Both the position numbers and the translations under genes were made by a program. A stretch of DNA of 64,000 nt from a virus. Lineage: Duplodnaviria > Caudoviricetes. Of this stretch, positions 19,030 to 29,900 are shown piece by piece (the stretch's first letter is position 1; each line of letters opens with the position of its first letter). The notes below the pieces were generated by a model that worked only from the letters and a program-made list of their open reading frames with translations, searched no databases and was not told the origin of the DNA. The stretch lies in IMG/VR virus record IMGVR_UViG_3300005403_000005, positions 1 to 64,000 of that record. One strand, 5' to 3'.

Positions 19030-19350
19030 ATGGCTCCCAAAGTAATCAATCTCGATAAGTTCAAAACTTCCCAAATCGTAGTCATCGGAGATACCGAGTA
19101 TACCATTGGCGCAATCACCATCGATATGTTCCTCAACGACTCCCTGGTTGCAAAGGTCGATAACCCGCAGGGAATCGACATCAAGACGCAAATTAAGAAC
19201 ACGATGGAGCTCATCGGGAGGATTTCCAACATTCCCAAGAAAGTCCTCTCCGGACTGCAACTCCCCGAGCTGACCGCACTTCTTCTGATTGCACAGGGTG
19301 TTGACCCCTCTGCGAAAGAGGAGGGGGAGAGCAAAGGCCCAAACGCCTAA
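19030..19350 (+). CDS. Tail assembly chaperone (gpG-like)
   Basis: Lies between tail tube and tape measure; contains a slippery heptamer near its end. Confidence 0.8.
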   Translation: MAPKVINLDKFKTSQIVVIGDTEYTIGAITIDMFLNDSLVAKVDNPQGIDIKTQIKNTMELIGRISNIPKKVLSGLQLPELTALLLIAQGVDPSAKEEGESKGPNA

Positions 19351-19637
19351 AGAGCGTAGATTTCGGCTACATCGCTTCCAGTGTCATGAGGTTCTATTCA
19401 ATCGGCTGGAAGGAATTCTACGCTTTGCCCATCTACACATTCTGGGAGCTATCAAAGAACATCGAGAGGATACGTGCAGAAGAAGACCTCCGCATGATGA
19501 GTGTTATTGGGTGTTGCTTCTCCTCCGAAAGCGGCTACGCGAAGGAGCTGGTCGATACGAGAGGCGATGTCATTGAGATTGAAGAAAATGTTTCTGGGGC
19601 TTTGGCTCGGCTGAAGGCTCTTATGGGTGGAGGATAA
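19338..19637 (+). CDS. Tail assembly chaperone -1 frameshift extension (gpGT-like); slippery site C CCA AAC at 19338-19344
   Basis: X XXY YYZ heptamer is in frame two codons before the stop; the -1 frame is open (PKRLKSVDFGYIASSVMRFY...) into ORF 19386..19637. Confidence 0.8.
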   Translation, partial: PKRLKSVDFGYIASSVMRFYSIGWKEFYALPIYTFWELSKNIERIRAEEDLRMMSVIGCCFSSESGYAKELVDTRGDVIEIEENVSGALARLKALMGGG

Positions 19638-19639
19638 TC

Positions 19640-22579
19640 GTGTCTATCATTGGTGGCGCTCTAAATCTGAACATCAGCCAATTCGTAAGTGGACTCAATC
19701 GAGCCAATGCCGCTACTGCATCATTCGTCTCTTCCTTCGGCGCTCAGATGCGCCAGATGTCCCAGCATGCGCGTCAGGCAGATAATGGCATCGGTAACAT
19801 CACTAAGTCTCTCTCGACAATCGGAAAAGTGTATGGTCTTACTTTGGTTGCAGGAGCACTTTACGATATTGGTAAGGCTGCTACTGAGTCAGCGCAGAAG
19901 ATGGAGAACTTCCAGTATCAGTACAAGGCTGTCTTTGGCTCTGGGGAAGCGGGTGCACGCGAATTCTCCCAGTTGACAGACTTCGTGAAGAAATTCGGTC
20001 TTGAGCTGGAAACGACAGCGGGAGCATACGCACGATTCTCTGCCGCCGCATCAGGCTCTGCCCTTCAGGGGCAGAAAGGTAGCGAGGTCTTCCAGAAGCT
20101 CACCTCTGGTATGCAGGGCATCGGCATGACCGCCGAACAACAGGGGCGCGTCTTTCTCCAAGTCCAGCAGATGCTCTCCACTGGCTCAGTAAAAGCTGAA
20201 GAGATGCGGGTTATCGCCGAGACGCTTCCAGCCGCCTACAGAAACATGGCGGATGCAATGGGAATGACCCTTGCCAAATTCAAAGAGGGGATGCGGAAAA
20301 GTACCATCGACGCTGACGAGGCGATGGAAAAGCTCTCTGACCTCATGTATAGCAAATACGGAAAAGTCGCTGAAGAGGTTGCGAAGAACTCGCTCAACGC
20401 CGCAATGAACAATGCAAAGACTGCGATGTTCGAGATGATGAGCTCCATCGGGACATTCATCAAACCCCTAGTCCAGTGGTTCTCCAAAGTCTTTGTATCT
20501 CTCTCGGGGTATATGAAATTCGCCCTCGCAACATTCGAGATGACATGGGCCAGGATTGTCATTAGGGTTGGCAGCTTTGTCGAGAGGATAGCGTATCGCC
20601 TCAATCCCGCCAATTGGTTGAAGAGTGGCGCTCAGATGGCGGTTGATGATGCGGCAAGGAAATCACTGGATGAAACTGCAATAAGACTCCAAGAGGAAGA
20701 AGTCGCCAAGAAGTACAAGCTCTATAAAGAGCCGGGGAAATCCTTTGAGGAGCTTCAGACCGAAAGGAAAGCGGCAGCAGAAGCAAAAGCGGAAAAGGAG
20801 CAGGAGCGCAGGGATGCAGAGGCAAAGAAGGCTGCCGAGAAGCGTGCAAGGGAGATAGCCGCACAAGCCAAATCCATCACGGAATGGCTCGATAAGCAAA
20901 AGGTCGCTTCGCAGGAGGCATTCGACGCAGCTCCCCTCAATGCCTATCAGCAAGCTATCGAAAAGGTGGATAAAACCTTCAAGGATTCGATGGTATCCAA
21001 CAGAGAATTCTGGAATTCCGGTGGCAATGATGAACTGAAGAGTAAGTTCTACAAGCAGTGGGAAGACCAGAAGGAGCTCGCCGCCCAGACCTTCGAGACT
21101 GAGCAGTGGAAAGAGGCGGAAGATGCAATAGCGAAAGTAAACGCCGAACTTCTGGAGCTCTCCGATGGCGACGAGATGACTCGTCTCGAAAGACGCCTCG
21201 CTGCTATCCCAGCGAGAGCCAATCAGGAGTTCAAGAAGCTTTGGGAAAGCATTTCTAATGATGGTCCGCCAGCACTTGACAAACTCAACAAGTATCTGAA
21301 GGTGAGGGATGAGTTTATCTCGGGCTTGAGCAATAAGGCAACTGGCGAGGTCTTCTCCGAGCTGTCTGGTGGTGTAAACTCGAAAATCAAGGAAATCACC
21401 GATGCCTTCAATCGGGCGATTAGTGGCGGTTCTGAGGATTCCAGCTCACTGGGTCAGCGCATCAAGAAGTCGAATGATGACTACTCCAGATACCTGAGTG
21501 AAATCATCCCGAAGCTTCAGGTGATTGCAGATGGCAATTCCAGCAGTGCAAAAGGGGCGGGTGAGCTAATTGACAAGCTAAAAACGCTCGATGGTCAAGC
21601 TGGGATGACCACTCTTCTCGACAACATGAATAAGTTGGGCGAGCAGATTCAAAATAATAACGATGAGCTTGAGAGAACTATAGAACTACTCAGCAGGCCG
21701 CAATTCAGTAAAATGACTGGGAACGACCCATACCTCAAAACGCTAATGGGGGCAATCGCCCCGCAGTTTGAGCGGCAAGATATTGAGGATGGCATCTATG
21801 GCAAATATTCAAAACAATTCGATGACATTGAGCAACAAATGGGTGTTGCGGGAATTTCCGATGAGAACTACAACATCCTCGTAGACCAATGGAATGAATT
21901 GGTAGATATGGCAGATAAAGAGGTGGAGCTCAAAATCAAAGCAACTGGCTTTGAGAATGTTCAGGGTGTAGTTGGTCAATTCACCCAGACGCTACAGGGT
22001 CCACTCACTGACGCAATCATGAAGTATTCTGAAACTGGAAAGGTTAGCTTTGGCGAATTGGCCAAAAGCTTCCTGAAGTCAATCCAAACAACATCGGCGG
22101 CACTTACATCACAACTCCTAGCGTATGCAGCATTTGCAGGAATAATGGCGGCAGTATCCTCTGTGTCAAGTTTAGTTCCGGCAATGGCAACTGTTTTGGG
22201 GACTCCGGTATCGTGGGGCAATGCCGCTGCCATGGCACTTGCTGGCGCTGCCGCAATGGGCGCACTTACAGTAAGTGCAGGTCTTATCTCTGGTATGGCG
22301 CACGATGGCATCTCCTCTGTCCCAGAGGACGGAACATGGCTGCTCCAAAAGGGGGAGCGCGTCGTTGATGAGCGCACCAATAGGGATTTGAAGGAATATC
22401 TCAAGAATGGCAGCAGGGGGAGTAGCATCATCAATATGCCAGTGACAATCAATGGCGGCGATGAGCAGAGTGTAATAAAAGCACTACCGCAACTCAAAGA
22501 GGCAATCCTCGACGCCATTAATAGCGACATCAGGGATGGGGGGCGAACTAGAAATACCATCCGGACGTATGCAACATAA
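19640..22579 (+). CDS. Tape measure protein
   Basis: 979 aa helical; tape_meas-like QMLSTG.VKAEEMR.IAE and C-terminal AHDG...VPEDGTWLL..GERV motifs. Confidence 0.93.
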   Translation: MSIIGGALNLNISQFVSGLNRANAATASFVSSFGAQMRQMSQHARQADNGIGNITKSLSTIGKVYGLTLVAGALYDIGKAATESAQKMENFQYQYKAVFGSGEAGAREFSQLTDFVKKFGLELETTAGAYARFSAAASGSALQGQKGSEVFQKLTSGMQGIGMTAEQQGRVFLQVQQMLSTGSVKAEEMRVIAETLPAAYRNMADAMGMTLAKFKEGMRKSTIDADEAMEKLSDLMYSKYGKVAEEVAKNSLNAAMNNAKTAMFEMMSSIGTFIKPLVQWFSKVFVSLSGYMKFALATFEMTWARIVIRVGSFVERIAYRLNPANWLKSGAQMAVDDAARKSLDETAIRLQEEEVAKKYKLYKEPGKSFEELQTERKAAAEAKAEKEQERRDAEAKKAAEKRAREIAAQAKSITEWLDKQKVASQEAFDAAPLNAYQQAIEKVDKTFKDSMVSNREFWNSGGNDELKSKFYKQWEDQKELAAQTFETEQWKEAEDAIAKVNAELLELSDGDEMTRLERRLAAIPARANQEFKKLWESISNDGPPALDKLNKYLKVRDEFISGLSNKATGEVFSELSGGVNSKIKEITDAFNRAISGGSEDSSSLGQRIKKSNDDYSRYLSEIIPKLQVIADGNSSSAKGAGELIDKLKTLDGQAGMTTLLDNMNKLGEQIQNNNDELERTIELLSRPQFSKMTGNDPYLKTLMGAIAPQFERQDIEDGIYGKYSKQFDDIEQQMGVAGISDENYNILVDQWNELVDMADKEVELKIKATGFENVQGVVGQFTQTLQGPLTDAIMKYSETGKVSFGELAKSFLKSIQTTSAALTSQLLAYAAFAGIMAAVSSVSSLVPAMATVLGTPVSWGNAAAMALAGAAAMGALTVSAGLISGMAHDGISSVPEDGTWLLQKGERVVDERTNRDLKEYLKNGSRGSSIINMPVTINGGDEQSVIKALPQLKEAILDAINSDIRDGGRTRNTIRTYAT

Positions 22580-22626
22580 CATCATGGGGCGGCTAGAAAT
22601 AGCCGCCCTTTCTTATTGGAGGAAAG

Positions 22627-22968
22627 ATGGACTCCCTTCCCGTATCGCTCAAGCCAGACGTGATTAAGCGTAAAAAAACAAAATTCAATACCACCACAAA
22701 AGTGTTTGAGAATGGGCGCGAGCAACGATTCATCAACTGGAAAACTGGGAAGAAAAGATACGAATTGAGCTGGAATGTGATTGATGCCACGAAGCTCGCT
22801 GAACTCGACACATTCTTTTCAAATCAGGGCGGTATGGCGAAGCAGTGGTTATTTGCCGATACGCGCATCGGTGGCACCAGATATGTGCGCTTCGATTCAG
22901 ATGAGCTTACCGTTGAGCCGATAAATGCTCAATTTTTCAATGTCTCCATAGAGGTGATGGAATGCTGA
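22627..22968 (+). CDS. Distal tail / minor tail protein (gpM-like)
   Basis: F.NG.EQR...W..G..RYEL pattern; synteny. Confidence 0.7.
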   Translation: MDSLPVSLKPDVIKRKKTKFNTTTKVFENGREQRFINWKTGKKRYELSWNVIDATKLAELDTFFSNQGGMAKQWLFADTRIGGTRYVRFDSDELTVEPINAQFFNVSIEVMEC

Positions 22969-23603
22969 CACTCTCAAACGAAGCGCTCGTAGCAATCAAT
23001 AACTCGACAATCGAGACGCTCAAACTTTACAAAATTGAATATCAAGAGACTGTAGGTGGCCCATCGCTCTATCTCTATCTCACCGATTACTCTGAAGATA
23101 TTCATTATGTCGCGGGCGATGGTCAGCTCTACATTTCCAGCACGGTCAAAAGTGGCGACCTGACACAGAGTAGTGATGGGAAGGTAGCTCGCACAGTCCT
23201 ATCAATTGGCAATATCGATGAAGAGCGAGTCATCCAGCGATATCTCGAAGATTATGTTGTTATTGGAAACAAAGCTACAATTTCACAATTCTTTGTAGAT
23301 GTCGAAACTGGACTTCTTATCAATTCCCCAATTTCAACCACATTTAAGATTGCCGGAGCGAAGGCGAACAAGGGGCAGGTTGATTTCGACCTCTCCATTG
23401 GCTTCGACTTTCTGAAGTCCACAATCCCTAATCGTAAGGTTTACGGCAAGTATTGCCGGTGGAAGACATTTAAGGGTTCTGAGTGTAAATACGCCGGGGC
23501 AGACACAACATGCGAGAAGACTTTTGATGATTGTAGAGCGAAGGGGAATATCGTCAATTTCGGAGGCTTCCCAGCAGTCATCAACCAGCGATTTTACGTC
23601 TAG
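22962..23603 (+). CDS. Minor tail protein (gpL-like)
   Basis: C-terminal Cys cluster C.W..FKG.EC.Y.G...C.KT..DC...NFGGFP. Confidence 0.85.
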   Translation: MLTLSNEALVAINNSTIETLKLYKIEYQETVGGPSLYLYLTDYSEDIHYVAGDGQLYISSTVKSGDLTQSSDGKVARTVLSIGNIDEERVIQRYLEDYVVIGNKATISQFFVDVETGLLINSPISTTFKIAGAKANKGQVDFDLSIGFDFLKSTIPNRKVYGKYCRWKTFKGSECKYAGADTTCEKTFDDCRAKGNIVNFGGFPAVINQRFYV

Positions 23604-23612
23604 GACTTCGAC

Positions 23613-23996
23613 ATGAAGAAATATCATTCAATCCCATACGCTACTGGCGGAAGGAGCTTCGCTGGCGCTGATTGCTACGGCCTTGTAATCCTTTATTTCC
23701 GTGAAGAGCTGGGGATTCAGCTTGCCGATTATACCTATGAAAACACCAAGGATGTTGGCTCAAGAAATATGCTACTTGGCAATTGCGATGCTGAGTTTAT
23801 AGAAGTCCCACTGAAAGATGCAATCAAAAACGACTTGGTCTTCTTTGAGCTTCCCGATTATGGCATTGCTCACTGCGGAGTGATGGTGAATGACAGGAAT
23901 GTTATGCAAATCACAGAGCATCATGGTTGTACCATCACAAAACTGTCGCGATACGGAAATGTCCACTCAATACATCGGCACAAGGAGTTGTGTTAA
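23613..23996 (+). CDS. NlpC/P60 tail assembly protein (gpK-like)
   Basis: GADCYGLV...HCG catalytic motifs. Confidence 0.88.
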   Translation: MKKYHSIPYATGGRSFAGADCYGLVILYFREELGIQLADYTYENTKDVGSRNMLLGNCDAEFIEVPLKDAIKNDLVFFELPDYGIAHCGVMVNDRNVMQITEHHGCTITKLSRYGNVHSIHRHKELC

Positions 23997-26900
23997 TGAT
24001 AATTAAATACATGCCAAACATCTTCAGCAAGACTGGTCGGCTGGAGTTTAGATATGGGGGCGACTTAAAATCCGTTGGTGATATCTTTCGTGACAAATTC
24101 AAGGCTCCCGAGCGTGGCTTCTACTGTATTGTGGGTGGGTCGCGTGTTGACTGGGATTACGTGCCGGAGCCAGAAGATGAGGTGATGTTTATCCGGCGCG
24201 TTGCTGGCGGCGGCGGCTTCTTTAACCCTTTGAGAATCATATTCCATGTTGTCACTGGCGGCATGTTTATTAGCTTTGACCTCGTGCAAGTGGGGATGAC
24301 TGCCATAATGATGGCGCAAATGCCCAAGATTGGTGGTGGCTCCTCAGATTCCCCTACATACGGCTGGGATAGAATTGGAAACACCATTGGAGAGGGCAAC
24401 ATCATCCCAGTGCTCTACGGAGAGCATCGTGTTGGTGGAGTTGTTCTCGAAGTCTTCACTGAATCTGCCGGAACAAATGGTAAAGATAAATACCTCAACG
24501 TCCTTCTTGGTTTGAGCGAAGGTGAAATTCATGGAATTGATACTGCCACAATCAACATCGCAAACAATGATGTATCAACTTACGGCAGTGATATTCAAAC
24601 TTGGACAACACTTGGAACAAACAATCAGTCTCCGCTTGATAATTTCTCCAAGGTGCATCGTCAATATGGCATTTCTGGCGTAAACCTCATATACAATCAA
24701 CCATACATCTACAAAACCTTCGGACAATGCAACTCAGCCGACCTTACAGTGTCATTCCCCTACGGACTTATGCGGCTGAATGATGAAGGTAAGATGAAGA
24801 CCCTGTCAGTAAGCTTCACAGTGCAATACGCCCACGAATCTACGCCAACAGAGTGGTCTTCTGCCACTACATTCACGGTAAGCGCTAGGTCTAAGTCGGC
24901 AGTGGAGCATATCCATACTGTAACATTCCCCACTGTGGGTCGCTACTACATCAAGATTAATCGGACGACAGGAGAGCATACTGGAGCCTCGTACACCTCC
25001 AACTCCACATTATCAAGCATCATTGAGGTAGAAAAGGCGTCATTGGGGTATCCCTATACGGCACTTCTCGGCCTGAGAATTAAGGCGACTGATAAGATAT
25101 CCGGAGCAATGCCGGATATCAATGTAATATGTCAAGGTCGCATTCTCCAAGATGTTCGTGGTTACACAGCCTCACTGGAAAATTCCAGCAACCCAGCAAA
25201 CATAATTTACGACCTTCTCACCTCATGTCGCTATGGTTTGGGCGACTACATACTCCCCGAACAGATTGATATAGAAACCTTTCAAGATTTTGCTGATTGG
25301 TGTGATGAGATTGTCGATTATGTAGAGCGCGACCCAATGACCGGACAAGACGTGACCAAACAGCAGAAACGTTACGTCATAAACTTCTATCTTGATACCG
25401 AAGGAAAAGCAGAAGAGACAATCTCCAAGATTCTCAGCATGTGTCGAGCCGGAATGTATTGGTCTGGGAACAGGGTTCGCATCGTGATTGAGCGCCCGCA
25501 ATCCGCAATTGCTCAAACTTTCTGCATGGCGAATATCACTGCTGATTCATATTCTGAGACTTATGTCTCCCCAGCCGATATTCCGAATCAGATTGAGGTG
25601 AAAATTCTTGATGAGAAGGATAATTTCAGAAGAGCAGTCATTACGGCCATAGACAAGAGTAGGCTTGAATCATCCGCTCCTGCAAAATCGATTGATATGT
25701 TTGGCATTACCGATAAAGCTCGCGCCAAACGTGAAGCCCTCTTCGTGATGAAGAAGCTCAAGTCTCTCATGCGCTTCATCAAGTTTGAATCAACCATTCA
25801 GGCTGTCATTTGCGAACCGGGTGATATCATCATGTTTCAGCACGATATCCCTCAATATGGATTTGGCGGGAGTATCGAAGCTGTCGATGCAACAAAAATA
25901 ACACTTGACCGACTAGTGCCAATGGAGTCTGGAAAGACTTATCGACTCAAGGTGCGGAAGCAGAATAATACCTATGCCACCTACATGCTAACACCATCTA
26001 CGACTATAACAACCAATGAGCTTAATGTGGGTGCCGTAAATGATGCAGATGTTGTAGAGGGGTGCATCTGGCAATTTGGCGAAATAGGAAAAGAAGCGAA
26101 ACCATTTAGAGTCCAATCCATCACGAGAAAAGGTTTGCAGGATGTAGAGATTTCCGCCGAAGAATATAACGATAGCATCTTTAGCGATGATGGGACTATT
26201 GATGTTTCCGAGGTTAAGTATAGCTCCCTTGGCCTGATTGAGAAATTTTCAGTGGATGGAACAATTGTTAACCCCGATATCAGGGTTGCAACTGATAAAG
26301 AGCTTGTGGGAATACCAACAAACGGAAATGGAATCATTCCACCCTTTGTAACCAATGTCACGCTTTTTGAAGAATATGAACTTGTAGGCGACGTTTATAA
26401 GTCAGCACTTAGTGTAAGTTTTGAGCGCGTATCCCTCCCCAGCGAATCGGACGCATACATCAGGAACTACGAAATAATCTACAGTAATGATGAGGGCGAA
26501 ACGTGGTTATCTGCTGGGTTTGTATCCGGAATTGGCAATGGTCGCTTCCCAGTGGAAATTGGGGAAGCGTATGCGGTTTGCGTGAAGCCATATACCAATT
26601 ATGGGAAAACAAACGATATTGAGCTATCTGCAAATGCACTTGACCACCAAGCTTTCATATTGGGAAACCAAGCTACCCCACCAGCAGTAACATACATCAA
26701 TGCCACTGGGAAGACCTTTAGCATCATCATTGAAACCGACGTTCCAATAGACCCTACGCTTGATGCGATTGAGGTATATGCCGCCACAACAAACGACAGG
26801 GCTCAGGCGGTAATCGTGGGGAGGAGCAAGTCTGGAAGGATTCAGCACACGGGAGTTGCCCAGAACCAGACTTACTACTATTGGGCGAAAGCCGTCAATA

Positions 26901-29900
26901 CAGCAAAGAAGGAGAGTGAGTGGTATCCGCTTTCTGATACTGCCGGGGTTGCTTGTCAATCCTCCACCGACCCCTCAGATGTTCTTGGGGTATTGTCTGG
27001 GGCGATTACCGACAGCGAGCTCTCCCAGTCTCTTCTCGACACGATAAACAATAATAGTGCCGGAGTACAGAGCGTCGAAGAGCTTCTTCAGAATCAGTGG
27101 ACGATGAAGATTACTGAGGGTAATCGCGTTACTGGCGTTGGTTCAATCATGTACCCCAAGTGGGATGTTGCTATGGCATACACTGTGGGAACAATGGTTG
27201 AGGGGAGTAATGGTTCTATCTATAAGGCACTTCAATCAAGTACCGGAAAGGACCCGCTTTCAAATCCTACATACTGGCAGCTAGTTCCATACGGAGTAAA
27301 ATCGGAATTCACCATCCTATCCGATAAGTTCCAAGTCATGAGACAGGATGGGACAGGAAGTGCCATTACGCCATTCGTAATCGGTCTTGTAAATGGCGTT
27401 GATACTGTTGGCGTCAATGGTCAACTTGTAGTTGATGACTCAATCAGCGCCAGAAGCATCAAAACTGATGAGCTAATAGTAGGCGAAAATGTCACGATGG
27501 GGCCGAATGCGGTTATAACTTGGGGTCAGGTAGCAGGAGGTCCTGCAACTTATCAACAATCCACCGACCCGATACCATTGCATCCGACATTCAGCCGTGC
27601 GTCAACCGCCTACCTCGCCAATGGTACCAAGATTGACAGCGGCAAGCCCCGGATTGAGCCCGGTAAATTCGGCGGGGCGATTATGGTGGAGGAGGGGACG
27701 ACGAACCTGCTCCTGCCGGGGCAATACAACGCTTCTGATACCACACTATTTTCGGTAGATACTGACTGTGTCTTAAGCCTTGAAACAACAAGCCCGATTA
27801 GTGGTGCGAGTAGCATCAAGTGTGTGACCCCAGCGGTAGCTGTAAAGAGACTTTATTTCAGCATTAATAATAAACCAGCGGTAACAGCAGGACTAGCATA
27901 TTCAGGACAAATGTTGGTTAAAGGCTCAGGGACAGTCACATTTGTAATGAGGGCATATAATAGTTCTAATGTGGCAGTTGGAGATTCCGCATCAATAGAC
28001 GTTACATTAACTGCGACCCCACAATTAATAAAAATTGAGAACTTTATTATTCCTACTGGAGGTGTAAATCTACAGATAATCATTGGTTCGAAAAACGCCG
28101 AAGTTTGCACAATAATTGCCGATTGCTATCAGTTAGAACAAAAACCCTACGCCACCTCGTTTATCGATGGGACACGGGCGGCTGAATCTTTAACTGTGCC
28201 GTCAACTGGTATGTCTCCCGCTGCCGGAACGATAGAAATAGATATTGAAGTCACAGAGCAGACAAAGAGGGTATTGGTCCCAGGCACAAGTCATCTCCTA
28301 TTCCAAATCAGTCGAGCAAACAATGCGAATGCGCAAGGTATTTGCATCGCCCACAATAACAGCGGCTTCGTGTTTGTTACAGCGGATGATTCAAATGCTC
28401 AATCTTCATCCGCCTATGTAACAAATGCCAATATGCCGAATGGGTGGCGCCGCTTTGCGGTAACGTGGGATGCAACTTCTGCAATATGGTATGTGGATGG
28501 AGTTCAGAAAGGTATAATCGAAGCTCCAAAACTCCCGTCAGCGTTCTCGTCACTCATCCACTTAGGTTGCCACCCTGTAAGCTCATTATCAACAGCTAAC
28601 TCACTGATTGATTGCGTGAGATTGAGTAACTATAAGAGGTCTGCCGCCGAAATACTCGCTTCAGCCACCAGCGGCCTACCAATGGAGCGTGATGCATACA
28701 CTACGGCCCTATTCGATTTCAACACTGGCATCGAGTGGCTGAACAACGGCACACTCAAAACCTACAACGGCGTGGCGTGGGAGGATGCTGCTACTTGGGG
28801 AGCGCCAACTGGGACGTATGTTGGAGCAACATTGGCGGATACCGTCAGCACTGTAGCCACGAACTTCAATACCCGTAATGACCGCAACGCCACCGCCGTT
28901 GTCGCCCCTACCGTCGCCGACGCCACCGGCACCATCGACCACACCGTGAACACGGACGGTTCGGTGGATGTCTCTTTCGAATGGTCGTGGGCTGGCACTG
29001 AGGCGGATATTGACGGGTTCGTAGTCTACGTCCACGACAATGGCACTACGACCCCAACGAGCCAGAAGGTACTCGCAGCCACGGCGGACGCTTCGGTACA
29101 GGTGTTCTACCTCACCCCCCAACGTCGGGCTTTCATCCTCTACGGTGTCGCGACGAACCATTGGTACACGTTTGGGGTGCAGGCGTACCGGATTGTGGAC
29201 CAAGATGTTGACGCCACGGGCACCAAGAAGAGCGCCATTGTCCAGCCCTTGAGCACGGCCACGGAAACGACCTACGGGGCTTATCGCCCTGCTTCGTCGG
29301 TGGCCTTCGCTGGTGATATTACCGGAACTATCGCAGGAACAGCGGCGAGTACGGTGGTGAGCAATGCAAATAGTGCCTATACGTTAGTCTCAGACATCGC
29401 ATCTGACAGCAAGCTCACCCCAGTCGAAAAACAAGACATCCGCAGGGAGTGGAATGCCATTTACTCGGAGAAATCCTCTCTGGACGCCCAGGCGACAGCA
29501 CTCGGAATCACGACTGAGAAGACGACTTATGACAACTCTATACAGGCGCTCGGCACCTACCTCAACGGTGGTACGGCTTACACCCTCGGTGCAACACCGC
29601 CATCTTGGATAACCGACGCCAACCTGTCAGCCACCACAACAATTGTGGGGGCAACGTTCAGGAGCACGTTCAAGACCTATTACGACGCCAAGATTGCCCT
29701 GATAAACAAGATGGCGGCGGTGGCGGCTACAAAGGCGGATTGGACTGGGGTAAGTGGTACAGGTAAACCAGCCGACTACGCCACGAAAAACACCGCGTCC
29801 AGCGGCACAACGCCCCACGCCAACCCGCAGGCCGGAGATACGTGGTTTAACTCTGCCACCACTGACGGCACCTATTACGCGCTGACCAGCTACAGCTACA